A stretch of 61,564 bases of DNA, filler included. It is 3 parts of 3 records of this genome, joined end to end, with 100 filler letters (N's around TTAATTAATTAA, not from the genome) between each part and the next. Parts side by side here need not be neighbours in the genome. Positions count along the whole stretch, not along the records: positions 1 to 27,113 come from DRR723986_9966; 2 more parts are not named here. One strand, given 5' to 3'. This document shows, piece by piece, positions 1-8,707 of this stretch; within the stretch, counting starts at the first letter, position 1, and every line of letters starts with the position of its first letter. A program made the translations under genes and the position numbers. The notes under the pieces were generated by a model. That model searched no databases. It had not been told where the DNA came from and saw only the letters and a list, made by a program, of their open reading frames with translations.

Positions 1-2
1 CC

Positions 3-461
3 AAACAACAGCGCCACTTCCTGCTTCTGCCCATTTGGGGCGTTGTTAAGCACCTGTAAAAGGCCATCTAAAACCGGATGAACATCTGACCGCACCCTGA
101 ACGACCCCGGCTCAAACAAATATGTGGCTGGTAATTGCACCTGATAGATATGACCATCAGAAACTGCATATTGACCAGTAACATTAAATGCCGCTGAAAA
201 TGCTCGTTCAATTTCAATAAGTACCGGGTCCGATTTAGCGCTGCGCAACATCTCTTGATTAAAACCATTATCGGCAATGCCCGTGTCGTTAAACACGGCA
301 TTGACACTTTCTATCGCCGCGGATGCACGCGCCGTGGATTGCTGCGAAATTGCCGTTAGAACAATAAAAAATGCGAGCAAAATCAAATATAAGGCAACGA
401 ATAGCCCCATAGTTGAATCGCTGCCAAAAACTTTGCGCGTTTGATGTTCTTCAATATGCAT
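3..461 (-). CDS. MotB-like membrane protein, partial (runs off the window start); lacks the conserved TM Asp
   Basis: Not in the ORF track. Manual translation from ATG at 461 is open to the edge: MHIEEHQTRKVFGSDSTMGLFVALYLILLAFFIVLTAISQQ...QVQLPATYLFEPGSFRVR. It has a MotB-type TM/plug (LLAFF) and the start of an OmpA-like domain, and lies downstream of motE. Confidence 0.7.
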   Translation of the reverse strand, partial: MHIEEHQTRKVFGSDSTMGLFVALYLILLAFFIVLTAISQQSTARASAAIESVNAVFNDTGIADNGFNQEMLRSAKSDPVLIEIERAFSAAFNVTGQYAVSDGHIYQVQLPATYLFEPGSFRVRSDVHPVLDGLLQVLNNAPNGQKQEVALLF

Positions 462-562
462 CTGGTTTCAAACTCGTATTATTCTTGTTATCAATTGAGC
501 GCGCCTTTTAAGGGCAGTTGATTATGAGCATTATGTTCATAGTATTTTGAATAAAGGCCTCA

Positions 563-1255
563 TCATTTGCCAACTTCACCGATACTGGGTGGTTGTGCCT
601 TGGTCGCGAGTTCAGTCGTCAGGACAGAGGCTTTGCGCGGCGTCATTTTTTCCATCAAAGCCGCGACTTTTCGAGGGTTCATCAATTGAACCAAATCTAA
701 TTGTGTTTGTAGAGACAACGCCTCAAACCTTGGCGCAGCTTCTTTCGGTTTCATGGTTTCATAAATGCTGACAATGCTTTGAAGTTGCTCGGTTTCTTTC
801 TCTTCAAACAACCGAAGATGGTTCTTAATTCTTTCTTCCAGCACTTCCAATTGACCAATTTTCTGATTGATCCGTTTTTCAGTGCTTTCCAGCAGCTTTT
901 CCTGCAAATCAAGAGAAGTCGACCGAGACTCAAGTTCTTCGCGGCGCTGACGCAACTGTGTTATCAGTTCCATTTCTTCGTCAGTTGGCAGACCCACAAC
1001 AATTGGCGGGCGATTTTGTGTGTCTTGCGGCTTCAAAGCAGATTCTCTGTCACTCTCTGCACCCTCTTGCGCTGCATCATCAGCTAAGTTTTCTGGTGCG
1101 CTCTCTTCTTCCGTTTGCTGGTCCTGAGCTTGCACTGGCGCATTTAAAAGTTCTAATCCGGTGTAGACATCAAAGGCCCGCAGTCCAAAAGCAAGCGCTG
1201 CCACGCCCATTAACAGAGGCAATAATCTTAACCGGTTCACTATATTGTTAGCCAT
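563..1255 (-). CDS. motE: MotE family flagellar motility protein (MgtE N-terminal-like domain)
   Basis: N-terminal signal/TM, coiled coil, C-terminal 'IYETMKPKEAA...MNPRKVAALMEKMTP' motif; downstream of fliL-fliM. Confidence 0.75.
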   Translation of the reverse strand: MANNIVNRLRLLPLLMGVAALAFGLRAFDVYTGLELLNAPVQAQDQQTEEESAPENLADDAAQEGAESDRESALKPQDTQNRPPIVVGLPTDEEMELITQLRQRREELESRSTSLDLQEKLLESTEKRINQKIGQLEVLEERIKNHLRLFEEKETEQLQSIVSIYETMKPKEAAPRFEALSLQTQLDLVQLMNPRKVAALMEKMTPRKASVLTTELATKAQPPSIGEVGK

Positions 1256-1284
1256 GGTTGGAGTTTCCCTGCTTAGTCTTTGAT

Positions 1285-1710
1285 TTATCTCGCTTCGCGA
1301 AGCGCAGACATTATGTCTTTTTGCTGTCTATTTTCGGTTTCAGCAGCGGTTGGAAACGCTTTGGCAGCAGGCCTTTCGGCAGGTACGCCACCCGTAAGCC
1401 CCCGTTCAATGCGGTCCGCTAAGTTATTACCTGCCTCGGTAATAAGCCCTAACTCATCTGCTAAAGAGCTTGCTTTTTTGGTCTCAATTTGCAGCCTTTG
1501 TTCAACTTCGGATGCGGACTGCTTTAAGTTTGCAACGCCGCGCTGAGCCTCAACAACTGCCGTGTTTAATTGATCAACCAAAACACGCAATTCAGTTTGC
1601 CCCTCTTTGATCGTACCCAGTCGCCGGTAAACGATAAAACAGGCCCCAATAACCGCCAGCAGCAAAACAGCAAGCACGCTATCAATTAACAAAGGTGACA
1701 CACCGCTCAT
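1285..1710 (-). CDS. Flagellar-associated membrane-anchored coiled-coil protein (DUF6468-like)
   Basis: N-terminal TM helix plus coiled coil; overlaps the fliM stop; usual position between fliM and motE in Alphaproteobacteria. Confidence 0.6.
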   Translation of the reverse strand: MSGVSPLLIDSVLAVLLLAVIGACFIVYRRLGTIKEGQTELRVLVDQLNTAVVEAQRGVANLKQSASEVEQRLQIETKKASSLADELGLITEAGNNLADRIERGLTGGVPAERPAAKAFPTAAETENRQQKDIMSALREAR

Positions 1711-2873
1711 TGGCTTACCCCCGACATTGCTTCACCCTCATCTGCCAGTCGCTCAGCTGTGTTACGCACCATAACGGCAACATGCTGGCCAGACCGCCCA
1801 ATGGCCCCGCTAACCATGGGGACTTCACCGCATTTCAACACCACTTCATCTTTCGGGGTTTTGTTGAATAATATTGTTTGACCAACCTCAAAGTTCATCA
1901 CATCCCCCAAAGACATATTCACTTCGTCCATAATTGCATTAAGGCCTACATCTGCTCGCCATAACTCCGTAGCCAAATGGGTTTCCCATATAGTGTCTCG
2001 ACCAAATTTCTCACCCATGAAGCGTTGCAATAACAATTCCCGAACTGGCTCTAGCGTTGCGTAGGGAAATAATACTTCCAGCCTGCCACCACGATCTTCC
2101 ATATCAACACGAAGTTTAATCAAAACAGCCGCATTGGGCGGGCGAGCAATGGTGGCAAAACGTGGGTTTGTCTCAAGCCGATCAAAAGTAAAATTAACGG
2201 GAGACAATGGCTCAAAAGCGCCGCACATGTCTTTAAGCACCACTGAAATCATGCGCTCTACTAAGGTTTGCTCAATTGTAGTATAGGGCCGCCCTTCAAT
2301 TCTCATGGCGGCTGTCCCGCGGCGTCCACCCAGCAACACATCCACTATGGAGTAGATCAAGCTGGAGTCGATTGTCATAAGGCCATAATTGTCCCATTCC
2401 TCGGCGCGAAACACACCCAGCATTGCCGGTAGAGGGATTGAGTTCAGATAATCACCAAATCGCACAGACGTAATATTATCAAGCGACACTTCAATATTAT
2501 CCGATGTAAAGTTACGCAGAGATGTGGACATCATCCGAACCATGCGGTCAAAAATAATGTCCAGCATTGGTAACCGTTCGTATGAAACCAATGCACTGTT
2601 AATAAGAGCATGAATGCCTGTCATCTCACCTGCATCAGCATCACCGTCAAACCCAAGAAGGCTATCAATCTCGTCCTGATCAAGAACACGTCCAGAAGAC
2701 GGACTGTCATCATCTGGCACCGGTGCATCAGAGTCAGCCATAGCTTCCCACTCGGCGGCCGTTTCTTCATTGTCGGCTGGCTTAGCGGCGGCGCCTTCTT
2801 CGCCCTCCTCAGCCATGGCTTCCCATTCTGCCATCATTGCTTCTTCGTCTACTGGTTTATCATCGTCCGCCAT
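1707..2873 (-). CDS. fliM: Flagellar motor switch protein FliM
   Basis: 'RVLDQDEIDSLLG' CheY-binding motif, 'ERLPML', C-terminal SpoA-like domain. Confidence 0.95.
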   Translation of the reverse strand: MADDDKPVDEEAMMAEWEAMAEEGEEGAAAKPADNEETAAEWEAMADSDAPVPDDDSPSSGRVLDQDEIDSLLGFDGDADAGEMTGIHALINSALVSYERLPMLDIIFDRMVRMMSTSLRNFTSDNIEVSLDNITSVRFGDYLNSIPLPAMLGVFRAEEWDNYGLMTIDSSLIYSIVDVLLGGRRGTAAMRIEGRPYTTIEQTLVERMISVVLKDMCGAFEPLSPVNFTFDRLETNPRFATIARPPNAAVLIKLRVDMEDRGGRLEVLFPYATLEPVRELLLQRFMGEKFGRDTIWETHLATELWRADVGLNAIMDEVNMSLGDVMNFEVGQTILFNKTPKDEVVLKCGEVPMVSGAIGRSGQHVAVMVRNTAERLADEGEAMSGVSQ

Positions 2874-2920
2874 GGGCGATCCTTACTGAATTACGAAACA
2901 TTATGAGTGTCGGAAAGCCG

Positions 2921-3490
2921 TCACCCTTGAACCAAAAATTGCTGAAATAGAACGTCTTTAACTCTAGTTGGAGCAACTGCCTGATTGATCCTCATCAGCA
3001 GCTCTTCCTTCAGGCGAAAAATACCGGCAGACCCATCAAGGTCTTCGGGGCGAAGTTCACGCATATAGGTGTTAAATTCATCAAGGATGCGCGGCATTTT
3101 ACTTTGCAGGTCTGAACGGTAACTCTCTCGATCAACCTCAAGGACAATTTTTGCACTTAAGAAACTGCTACCCTGCCCGCCTGTATTGAGATTAAAACGT
3201 TGCTCATCCAGCTCAACAAACAATAACTCCAGATCTTCATTAGATCTGTCTTGCTCTAGCTGAATTTCGTCGCGACGCTGCGCGGCCTCTTGTGCAAGGC
3301 GTTCAATTTCCGGATCCTCTACCGTTGGAGCTTCTTCGCCGCCCAACAAGCTACTGATGCCAATAACAAGCAAAAGCGCAACGATTACACCTGCTGCAAT
3401 AAACACCAGTGTTTTGCCATTGAATTTCTTCTTTTCAAGACCTTCAACCAGTTCGGCTTCGCCGAGGGTTTCTTCAAGATTGTCTGCCAT
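2921..3490 (-). CDS. fliL: Flagellar basal body-associated protein FliL
   Basis: Single N-terminal TM; 'DLDGSAGIFRLKEELLMRIN...VKDVLFQQFLVQ'; upstream of fliM. Confidence 0.92.
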   Translation of the reverse strand: MADNLEETLGEAELVEGLEKKKFNGKTLVFIAAGVIVALLLVIGISSLLGGEEAPTVEDPEIERLAQEAAQRRDEIQLEQDRSNEDLELLFVELDEQRFNLNTGGQGSSFLSAKIVLEVDRESYRSDLQSKMPRILDEFNTYMRELRPEDLDGSAGIFRLKEELLMRINQAVAPTRVKDVLFQQFLVQG

Positions 3491-3623
3491 AACCTTACAT
3501 CCTTTATGAAGCTACCGTTCGAACTGAGTTTAATTCGTTCTGCCCAATACAAAAAATGGACGAACTAACCTAGGCCAAACAGTTACAGCTTCATTGCCTT
3601 ATGGTCGAAAGAAGTAAGCCAAT

Positions 3624-3642
3624 ATGGTTAACAAGGCGTGAA
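3624..3642 (-). promoter_or_regulatory. CtrA-type box of the fliL-fliM promoter
   Basis: Minus strand reads TTCA-CGCCTTG-TTAACCAT, matching the TTAA-N7-TTAAC pattern of class II flagellar promoters. Confidence 0.7.
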
Positions 3643-3728
3643 GCTTTGCCAATTCACTTACAAATTTACAGCACATATTTTTCGGGAAAATGAGGGGTTC
3701 ATTCTTGCCCAGTGAACCGTTATTGCAC

Positions 3729-3744
3729 CGGCAATTTCGTGCCA
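3729..3744 (+). promoter_or_regulatory. ftr-like (FlbD enhancer) site upstream of flgF
   Basis: CGGCAATTTCGTGCCA (GGCA...TGCC dyad), about 65-75 bp upstream of the sigma54 box. Confidence 0.5.
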
Positions 3745-3805
3745 TCGGCAAAATTCAATATACAAAAAAATATATAAGTTATTGTAATCTATGAATTTTT
3801 AGTTT

Positions 3806-3821
3806 TGGCACAGTTACTGCA
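3806..3821 (+). promoter_or_regulatory. Sigma54 (-24/-12) promoter of flgFGAH
   Basis: TGGCACAGTTACTGCA with GG-N10-GC spacing. Confidence 0.8.
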
Positions 3822-3881
3822 AATTTGTTGGCAACCAAATCCCGTGGCAAGCGGGTTGTCTGCAAAAGCAGGAGAAAGATA

Positions 3882-4628
3882 ATGGATACCGCACTTTTTG
3901 TCGGGTTGGCTCATAAAGCGGCGCTTAAAAGGCGCATGGACGTGGTCGCACATAATATCGCGAACATGTCGACGACTGCGTATAATAAAGAAAAAATAGT
4001 ATTCAGGCAGCATCTGGTTGATGCCCCTGGTGCAGCTGCAACAAGCGGCGGTAAGATTTCTTATGTCATGGATCACGGGGTTCTTAGAAATTTGAATTCC
4101 GGCACCATGATTCCAACCAACAACCCGCTCGATGTTTTCATCAATGGCCGCGCTTACCTAGCTGTAAGGGGCTCAGATGGTGAAACATTATATACGCGCA
4201 ATGGCAGGATGACTGTGAATTCAGAACAGTTTCTAACGCTTCTTAGTGGCGAAAAAGTTCTGGACGACAACGGCCAAGACATAAAGTTCGATGATGATGA
4301 CCGTGACTTTCACATTGCTGACGATGGAACAATTTCTAGCAATAACGGTGAAAAAGCGAAGTTGGGCTTATCTATTTTCTCCAATGAGCAAAATATGAAA
4401 CGCCGCGGCACGTCTCTTTATGAAACAACCGAAGCGCCAGACGAAACTGATGACCTGAGCGATGTGTCTGTAAGGCAAAAGGCGTTTGAAGGGTCAAACG
4501 TCAATGCAATCGAGTCCATGACCGAAATGATAGATGTAATGCGCGCCTACCAAAGCGCCACACGCCAATCGGGCGGTTATGAAGATATGAGAGAAGATGC
4601 ACTCAAACGGCTTGGTCGAGTTCAATAA
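3882..4628 (+). CDS. flgF: Flagellar basal-body rod protein FlgF
   Basis: 'MDVVAHNIANMSTTAYNK', 'YTRNGRM', 'EGSNVNAIESM'. Start moved to ATG 3882, after AGGAG and downstream of the sigma54 box. Confidence 0.9.
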   Translation: MDTALFVGLAHKAALKRRMDVVAHNIANMSTTAYNKEKIVFRQHLVDAPGAAATSGGKISYVMDHGVLRNLNSGTMIPTNNPLDVFINGRAYLAVRGSDGETLYTRNGRMTVNSEQFLTLLSGEKVLDDNGQDIKFDDDDRDFHIADDGTISSNNGEKAKLGLSIFSNEQNMKRRGTSLYETTEAPDETDDLSDVSVRQKAFEGSNVNAIESMTEMIDVMRAYQSATRQSGGYEDMREDALKRLGRVQ

Positions 4629-4665
4629 ACCCGAGCCCTCGTTTGACCATTAAAAGGATGGAATC

Positions 4666-5451
4666 ATGAAAGCACTAAGTACAGCAGCAACCGGCATGTT
4701 GGCCCAGCAACTAAATATTGAAGTTGTGTCAAACAATATTGCCAATATGAATACTACAGGGTTCAAGCGCCAGCGCGCAGAATTCCAGGACCTTCTATAC
4801 CAAAACATTGAGCGGGTCGGCGCGAACTCATCAGACGCAGGCACAGTAGTGCCAAGCGGTATTCAGGTGGGTGTTGGTGTCAGAACTGCGGGTGTTTACC
4901 GCATCACAGACCAAGGTAGCTTGCAAAATACTGGCAATACTTATGACCTCGCCGTAAATGGGCGCGGTTTTTTCAATATTCAATTACCAGACGGGCAAGA
5001 TGCCTACACCCGGGCCGGCTCATTTCAAGTTGACCCAACCGGACAGCTTGTCACGCCTGAAGGTTACGTGGTTCAACCTGCCATCCAAATTCCACAAACT
5101 GCCACTGATGTAAGCATTAACGAGCAAGGCCAAGTTGAATATCTTGAGGCTGGAGCAACTGCACCGGCCGCGGCTGGGCAGCTTAATCTTGTTATCTTTC
5201 CCAATGAAGTCGGCTTGGAGGCTATTGGAGGCAATATGTTCCTGGAAAGCCAAGCGTCTGGTGCACCGGTTATCGGTCTTGCCAATCAAAATGGCTACGG
5301 CGCTGTTCTGCAAGGCTTTCTTGAGCAATCGAATGTTAACGCAGTGTCAGAAATTACCGCGATGATTTCCGCCCAGCGGGCTTACGAGCTGAACTCAAAA
5401 GTCATTCAAACAGCGGACGAGATGCTGCAAGCAGCCAATAATCTTCGCTAA
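4666..5451 (+). CDS. flgG: Flagellar basal-body rod protein FlgG
   Basis: 'SNNIANMNTTGFKRQRAEFQDLLYQ', 'QRAYELNSKVIQTADEM'. Confidence 0.97.
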   Translation: MKALSTAATGMLAQQLNIEVVSNNIANMNTTGFKRQRAEFQDLLYQNIERVGANSSDAGTVVPSGIQVGVGVRTAGVYRITDQGSLQNTGNTYDLAVNGRGFFNIQLPDGQDAYTRAGSFQVDPTGQLVTPEGYVVQPAIQIPQTATDVSINEQGQVEYLEAGATAPAAAGQLNLVIFPNEVGLEAIGGNMFLESQASGAPVIGLANQNGYGAVLQGFLEQSNVNAVSEITAMISAQRAYELNSKVIQTADEMLQAANNLR

Positions 5452-5486
5452 CGTCGCTAAAAAGTAAGAGAAACAGGTAGAATACC

Positions 5487-6470
5487 ATGCAAACCAAACA
5501 AAATTGGCACCACAAACGAAAAATTCTGAACGCCCTGGCTCTATTTTTTACTCTGACGTTTTCTGCCTCTGCTTTTGGCGTCGAGCTAAAAACTAATTTG
5601 GCAGTTGAAAGTCGGGCAATCACATTGGGGGACTTATTCGAGGGCATAGGTGCCAAAGCAGACATTGTAGTTCTCAATGCCCCTGCTCCCGGCAAGTCCA
5701 AGAATGTATCAGCAAACGACCTAGCTCGTTTGGCAGATAAATATGAAATTGACTGGCAGAAGCCTGATTACCTTAAAAAAGTAAGCATCACACGGCGCGG
5801 GCACATTATTTCGAGTAACGAAATCCAAGAACTTGTGCATACAATTGCGATGGAAAATGGTGCAGACCCAGATAACCAAATTCGCTTCTTTGGCCGTAAC
5901 AACGGCCTTTTGGTTCCAACGGACGCAACCGCAGATGACATTCAATTCGAAAACTTCTCTTTATCTGAAAAAGGCGACAGGTTTTCAGCGGTTCTTCTTG
6001 TGCCATCAGGCGGCGATGTACCCACCAGACTAAGCTTGAACGGTGTGTTGGAAGAGGTTCGCGATATTCCGGTATTTAATAGCAGCATCATGCCTGGTGA
6101 AATTATCCGTGCATCCGATCTTACCTGGATCAAATATCCTGCTAAGCGACTGAATAGCCGTGTAATTTTAAACAGCCAACAATTGGTTGGCATGACAGTT
6201 CGGCGGCCAGCACGCATGAATAAGCCAATCAACACCAATGACGTTACTGCACCAATTGCTGTCGCCAAGGGAGACGCCGTCACCATGACAGTGCGCACCC
6301 GGGCTATGACACTTTCTGCGGGTGGTAAGGCGCTGGAAAATGGCGGAATCGGCGACACAATTCGCGTTATTAACTCAAAATCAAGGCTTACTGTCGATGC
6401 AAAAATTATTCGCAGTGGCCATGTCGAAATACTTTCTGGGCCAACGCTGGCCCTCGGCTCACAGCGATAA
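5487..6470 (+). CDS. flgA: Flagellar P-ring formation chaperone FlgA
   Basis: Signal peptide, SAF-like region, C-terminal 'GKALENGGIGDTIRVINSKS'; between flgG and flgH. Confidence 0.88.
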   Translation: MQTKQNWHHKRKILNALALFFTLTFSASAFGVELKTNLAVESRAITLGDLFEGIGAKADIVVLNAPAPGKSKNVSANDLARLADKYEIDWQKPDYLKKVSITRRGHIISSNEIQELVHTIAMENGADPDNQIRFFGRNNGLLVPTDATADDIQFENFSLSEKGDRFSAVLLVPSGGDVPTRLSLNGVLEEVRDIPVFNSSIMPGEIIRASDLTWIKYPAKRLNSRVILNSQQLVGMTVRRPARMNKPINTNDVTAPIAVAKGDAVTMTVRTRAMTLSAGGKALENGGIGDTIRVINSKSRLTVDAKIIRSGHVEILSGPTLALGSQR

Positions 6471-6524
6471 CCTAATGAACATTTATCAAAAACCACAATT
6501 TAACGACTATTCTGGAGGTCTGCG

Positions 6525-7292
6525 ATGAACAGCACGCTTACAAAGATCTTAGCCCTTGGAGTTGTATTATTTTCTCTTGCGGCTTGCGGCAGTATTGACC
6601 GGGTAGGCGATATTGGTAAAGCGCCAGCATTGACACCAATTAAGGATATCAAGGCACCATTGACGCAGCGCTCAATAAGTCTGCCTATGCCCGACAACAC
6701 GCCCAGCCGCCATGAAGCAAATTCGTTGTGGCGTACTGGAGCGCGGGCATTTTTTAAAGACCAGCGCGCTGCCCGCATTGGCGACATTGTAACTGTAAAC
6801 ATTGCCATTTCCGACAATGCACAAATTGGTAACACAACAACGCGTGCCCGCACTTCCGCAGAGAATGCTGGCCTGGATAGCTTCCTCGGATTCGAACAAA
6901 AACTGCAAGCTTTGCTACATGGAAGCGGTGAAAATGCCCCTACTTTAACACCGGGCGCACTGGTAGGGGCTGATGCGACCAGCACATACAACGGCACCGG
7001 CACTGTCAACCGTAGCGAGGCCATTAACATGACGGTAGCAGCCATTGTCACCGATGTTTTGCCAAACGGTAATATGGTTATTCAAGGCCGCCAAGAAGTG
7101 CGCGTAAACTTTGAAAAACGCGAGCTTTTGCTTGCAGGCATTGTACGCCCAGAAGACATTTCTTCCCTGAACACAATTGCGCATACCCAAATCGCCGAAG
7201 CGAGAATTTCATACGGCGGTAAAGGGCAAATCACCGATGTCCAGCAACCTCGATATGGGGCTCAGCTTTATGACATCGTATTCCCATTCTAA
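6525..7292 (+). CDS. flgH: Flagellar L-ring lipoprotein FlgH
   Basis: Lipobox 'LAAC', 'DQRAARIGDIVTV', 'GIVRPEDI', 'IAEARISYGGKG'. Confidence 0.96.
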   Translation: MNSTLTKILALGVVLFSLAACGSIDRVGDIGKAPALTPIKDIKAPLTQRSISLPMPDNTPSRHEANSLWRTGARAFFKDQRAARIGDIVTVNIAISDNAQIGNTTTRARTSAENAGLDSFLGFEQKLQALLHGSGENAPTLTPGALVGADATSTYNGTGTVNRSEAINMTVAAIVTDVLPNGNMVIQGRQEVRVNFEKRELLLAGIVRPEDISSLNTIAHTQIAEARISYGGKGQITDVQQPRYGAQLYDIVFPF

Positions 7293-7377
7293 TAGCTACA
7301 GGAGGTTACTTAAAGGAAACTACTTACCGAATTATCGAATAAAGCCAACTTGAATTCTGCTTGCGGTATGCTTGCAG

Positions 7378-7413
7378 TGGCCGGTACCCAAAAATGGGGC
7401 CGGCCATTTTTTT
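7378..7413 (+). terminator. Intrinsic terminator after flgH
   Basis: TGGCCGG...CCGGCCA stem followed by T7. Confidence 0.75.
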
Positions 7414-7419
7414 ACTCAT

Positions 7420-7443
7420 AAAAAAGGGAGCCAAAGGCTCCCT
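7420..7443 (-). terminator. Intrinsic terminator after dksA
   Basis: GGGAGCC-AAA-GGCTCCC stem with an A-run on the plus strand (U-tract on the minus strand). Confidence 0.75.
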
Positions 7444-7471
7444 GTTCATATACTTTTATGTGCAACGCTGA

Positions 7472-7909
7472 TTAATCGTCACGGGTAACTTTTTCATTAC
7501 GCTCATGTGCTTCCTGCGCTTCAATTGTCATTGTTGCAATTGGGCGCGCATCCAAGCGGCGCAAGCTAATGGGCTCGCCTGTTACTTCGCAGTAACCATA
7601 TTCGCCTTCTTCAATACGACGAAGCGCAGAATCAATTTTTGAAACAAGCTTGCGCTGACGATCACGGGTTCTTAGCTCAACTGACCAATCAGTTTCAGAT
7701 GAAGCACGGTCTGCAACATCAGGTTCCCGCAGGTTATCTTCTTGTAAGTTTTGAAGAGTTTCAGCCGATTCCCGAAGGATATCATCTTTCCAATCATTCA
7801 GTTTACGCCGAAAATACTCTAATTGCTTAGGACTCATGAAGTCTTCTTCAGATGACGGCATGTAGTTTTTTGGCAATTTCACCCCTGAATTTGTCTTGGA
7901 CATAGTCAC
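7472..7909 (-). CDS. dksA: RNA polymerase-binding transcription factor DksA (one-Cys alphaproteobacterial type)
   Basis: 'EPDVADRAS' coiled-coil tip, 'RTRDRQRKL', 'EYGYCEVTGEPISLRRLDARP'. Confidence 0.95.
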   Translation of the reverse strand: MTMSKTNSGVKLPKNYMPSSEEDFMSPKQLEYFRRKLNDWKDDILRESAETLQNLQEDNLREPDVADRASSETDWSVELRTRDRQRKLVSKIDSALRRIEEGEYGYCEVTGEPISLRRLDARPIATMTIEAQEAHERNEKVTRDD

Positions 7910-8061
7910 TCCCTAACAAACGCTTTACTCAAAAATCCTTTGGGTCCCCCCAAAAAGGCTGCGCGTTTTATAGAGTTTTCTTGAGTGTGAAACAAGATGA
8001 ATTATTCTAAGCAATTAGAGCTGCCAATAAGCCGCAAAGCTGAACAAACTATGTATTTGAA

Positions 8062-8502
8062 CTACAAGCCTAATTTTGCCAACTCAACCTCTGCGCGAAG
8101 CTCAATTTCATCCAAAATTTCGCTAAGGCGATCATCATTTTGAAGTGATGAATTTTTATTTTCGCGCTGGTTACGAGCCATATCAGCTAAAGTTCGCAAG
8201 TTAGACTCTGACACTGCCCCAAGCAGAATTCCCTTTCGCACTTCTTCGAGCAAATCAAGCATCTCGTTTGCACGCGCCAGGCCTTTTGAACGACCATCTG
8301 TTGCGTCCGGGACCTCTTGCAAAGAAAGCAGTGCATCCAAATGCGCCAATGGGGCAGCGCCGCCAACATTTTGGGGGGCATCTGCTGCGCCAGAAGAGTT
8401 AAGCTTGCTTGAAAACTCGCTCGATCCAGCGCTGCGCTGTTTCGACGACTTTTTAATCGATTTAGATTGGATTTGTCCTGGGCCTGTAATCTTCATTGTC
8501 AC
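8062..8502 (-). CDS. fliX: Flagellar assembly regulator FliX
   Basis: 'LDALLSLQEV', C-terminal 'LDEIELRAEVELAKL'; divergent from flgI as in Caulobacter. Confidence 0.9.
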   Translation of the reverse strand: MTMKITGPGQIQSKSIKKSSKQRSAGSSEFSSKLNSSGAADAPQNVGGAAPLAHLDALLSLQEVPDATDGRSKGLARANEMLDLLEEVRKGILLGAVSESNLRTLADMARNQRENKNSSLQNDDRLSEILDEIELRAEVELAKLGL

Positions 8503-8548
8503 AATCTATTCTCTTGCCTTGAGGAGAGCAAGTCTTGCTGCCCCAGTT

Positions 8549-8590
8549 CGGCAAATATTTCCCTGTGGCACATGGCGGCAGAAATTTCAT
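8549..8590 (+). promoter_or_regulatory. ftr-like enhancer sites between fliX and flgI
   Basis: CGGCAAATATTTCC (8549) and CGGCAGAAATTTC (8576) upstream of the flgI sigma54 box. Confidence 0.5.
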
Positions 8591-8634
8591 TTATGATTTC
8601 TGTTTTAATTCAGTCACTTACAAAAATAGTGGGT

Positions 8635-8650
8635 TGGCACGAAACTCGCT
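8635..8650 (+). promoter_or_regulatory. Sigma54 promoter of the flgI operon
   Basis: TGGCACGAAACTCGCT, GG-N10-GC. Confidence 0.78.
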
Positions 8651-8707
8651 ACTCGACGCATGAATAAAACGGCTTTCCCGATAGCTGGGCAAATAAGGAC
8701 TTTTACA

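Noticed and set aside
68-307. 79-aa minus-strand ORF in the track
   Set aside because: It is out of frame within the better-supported MotB-like ORF (3-461)
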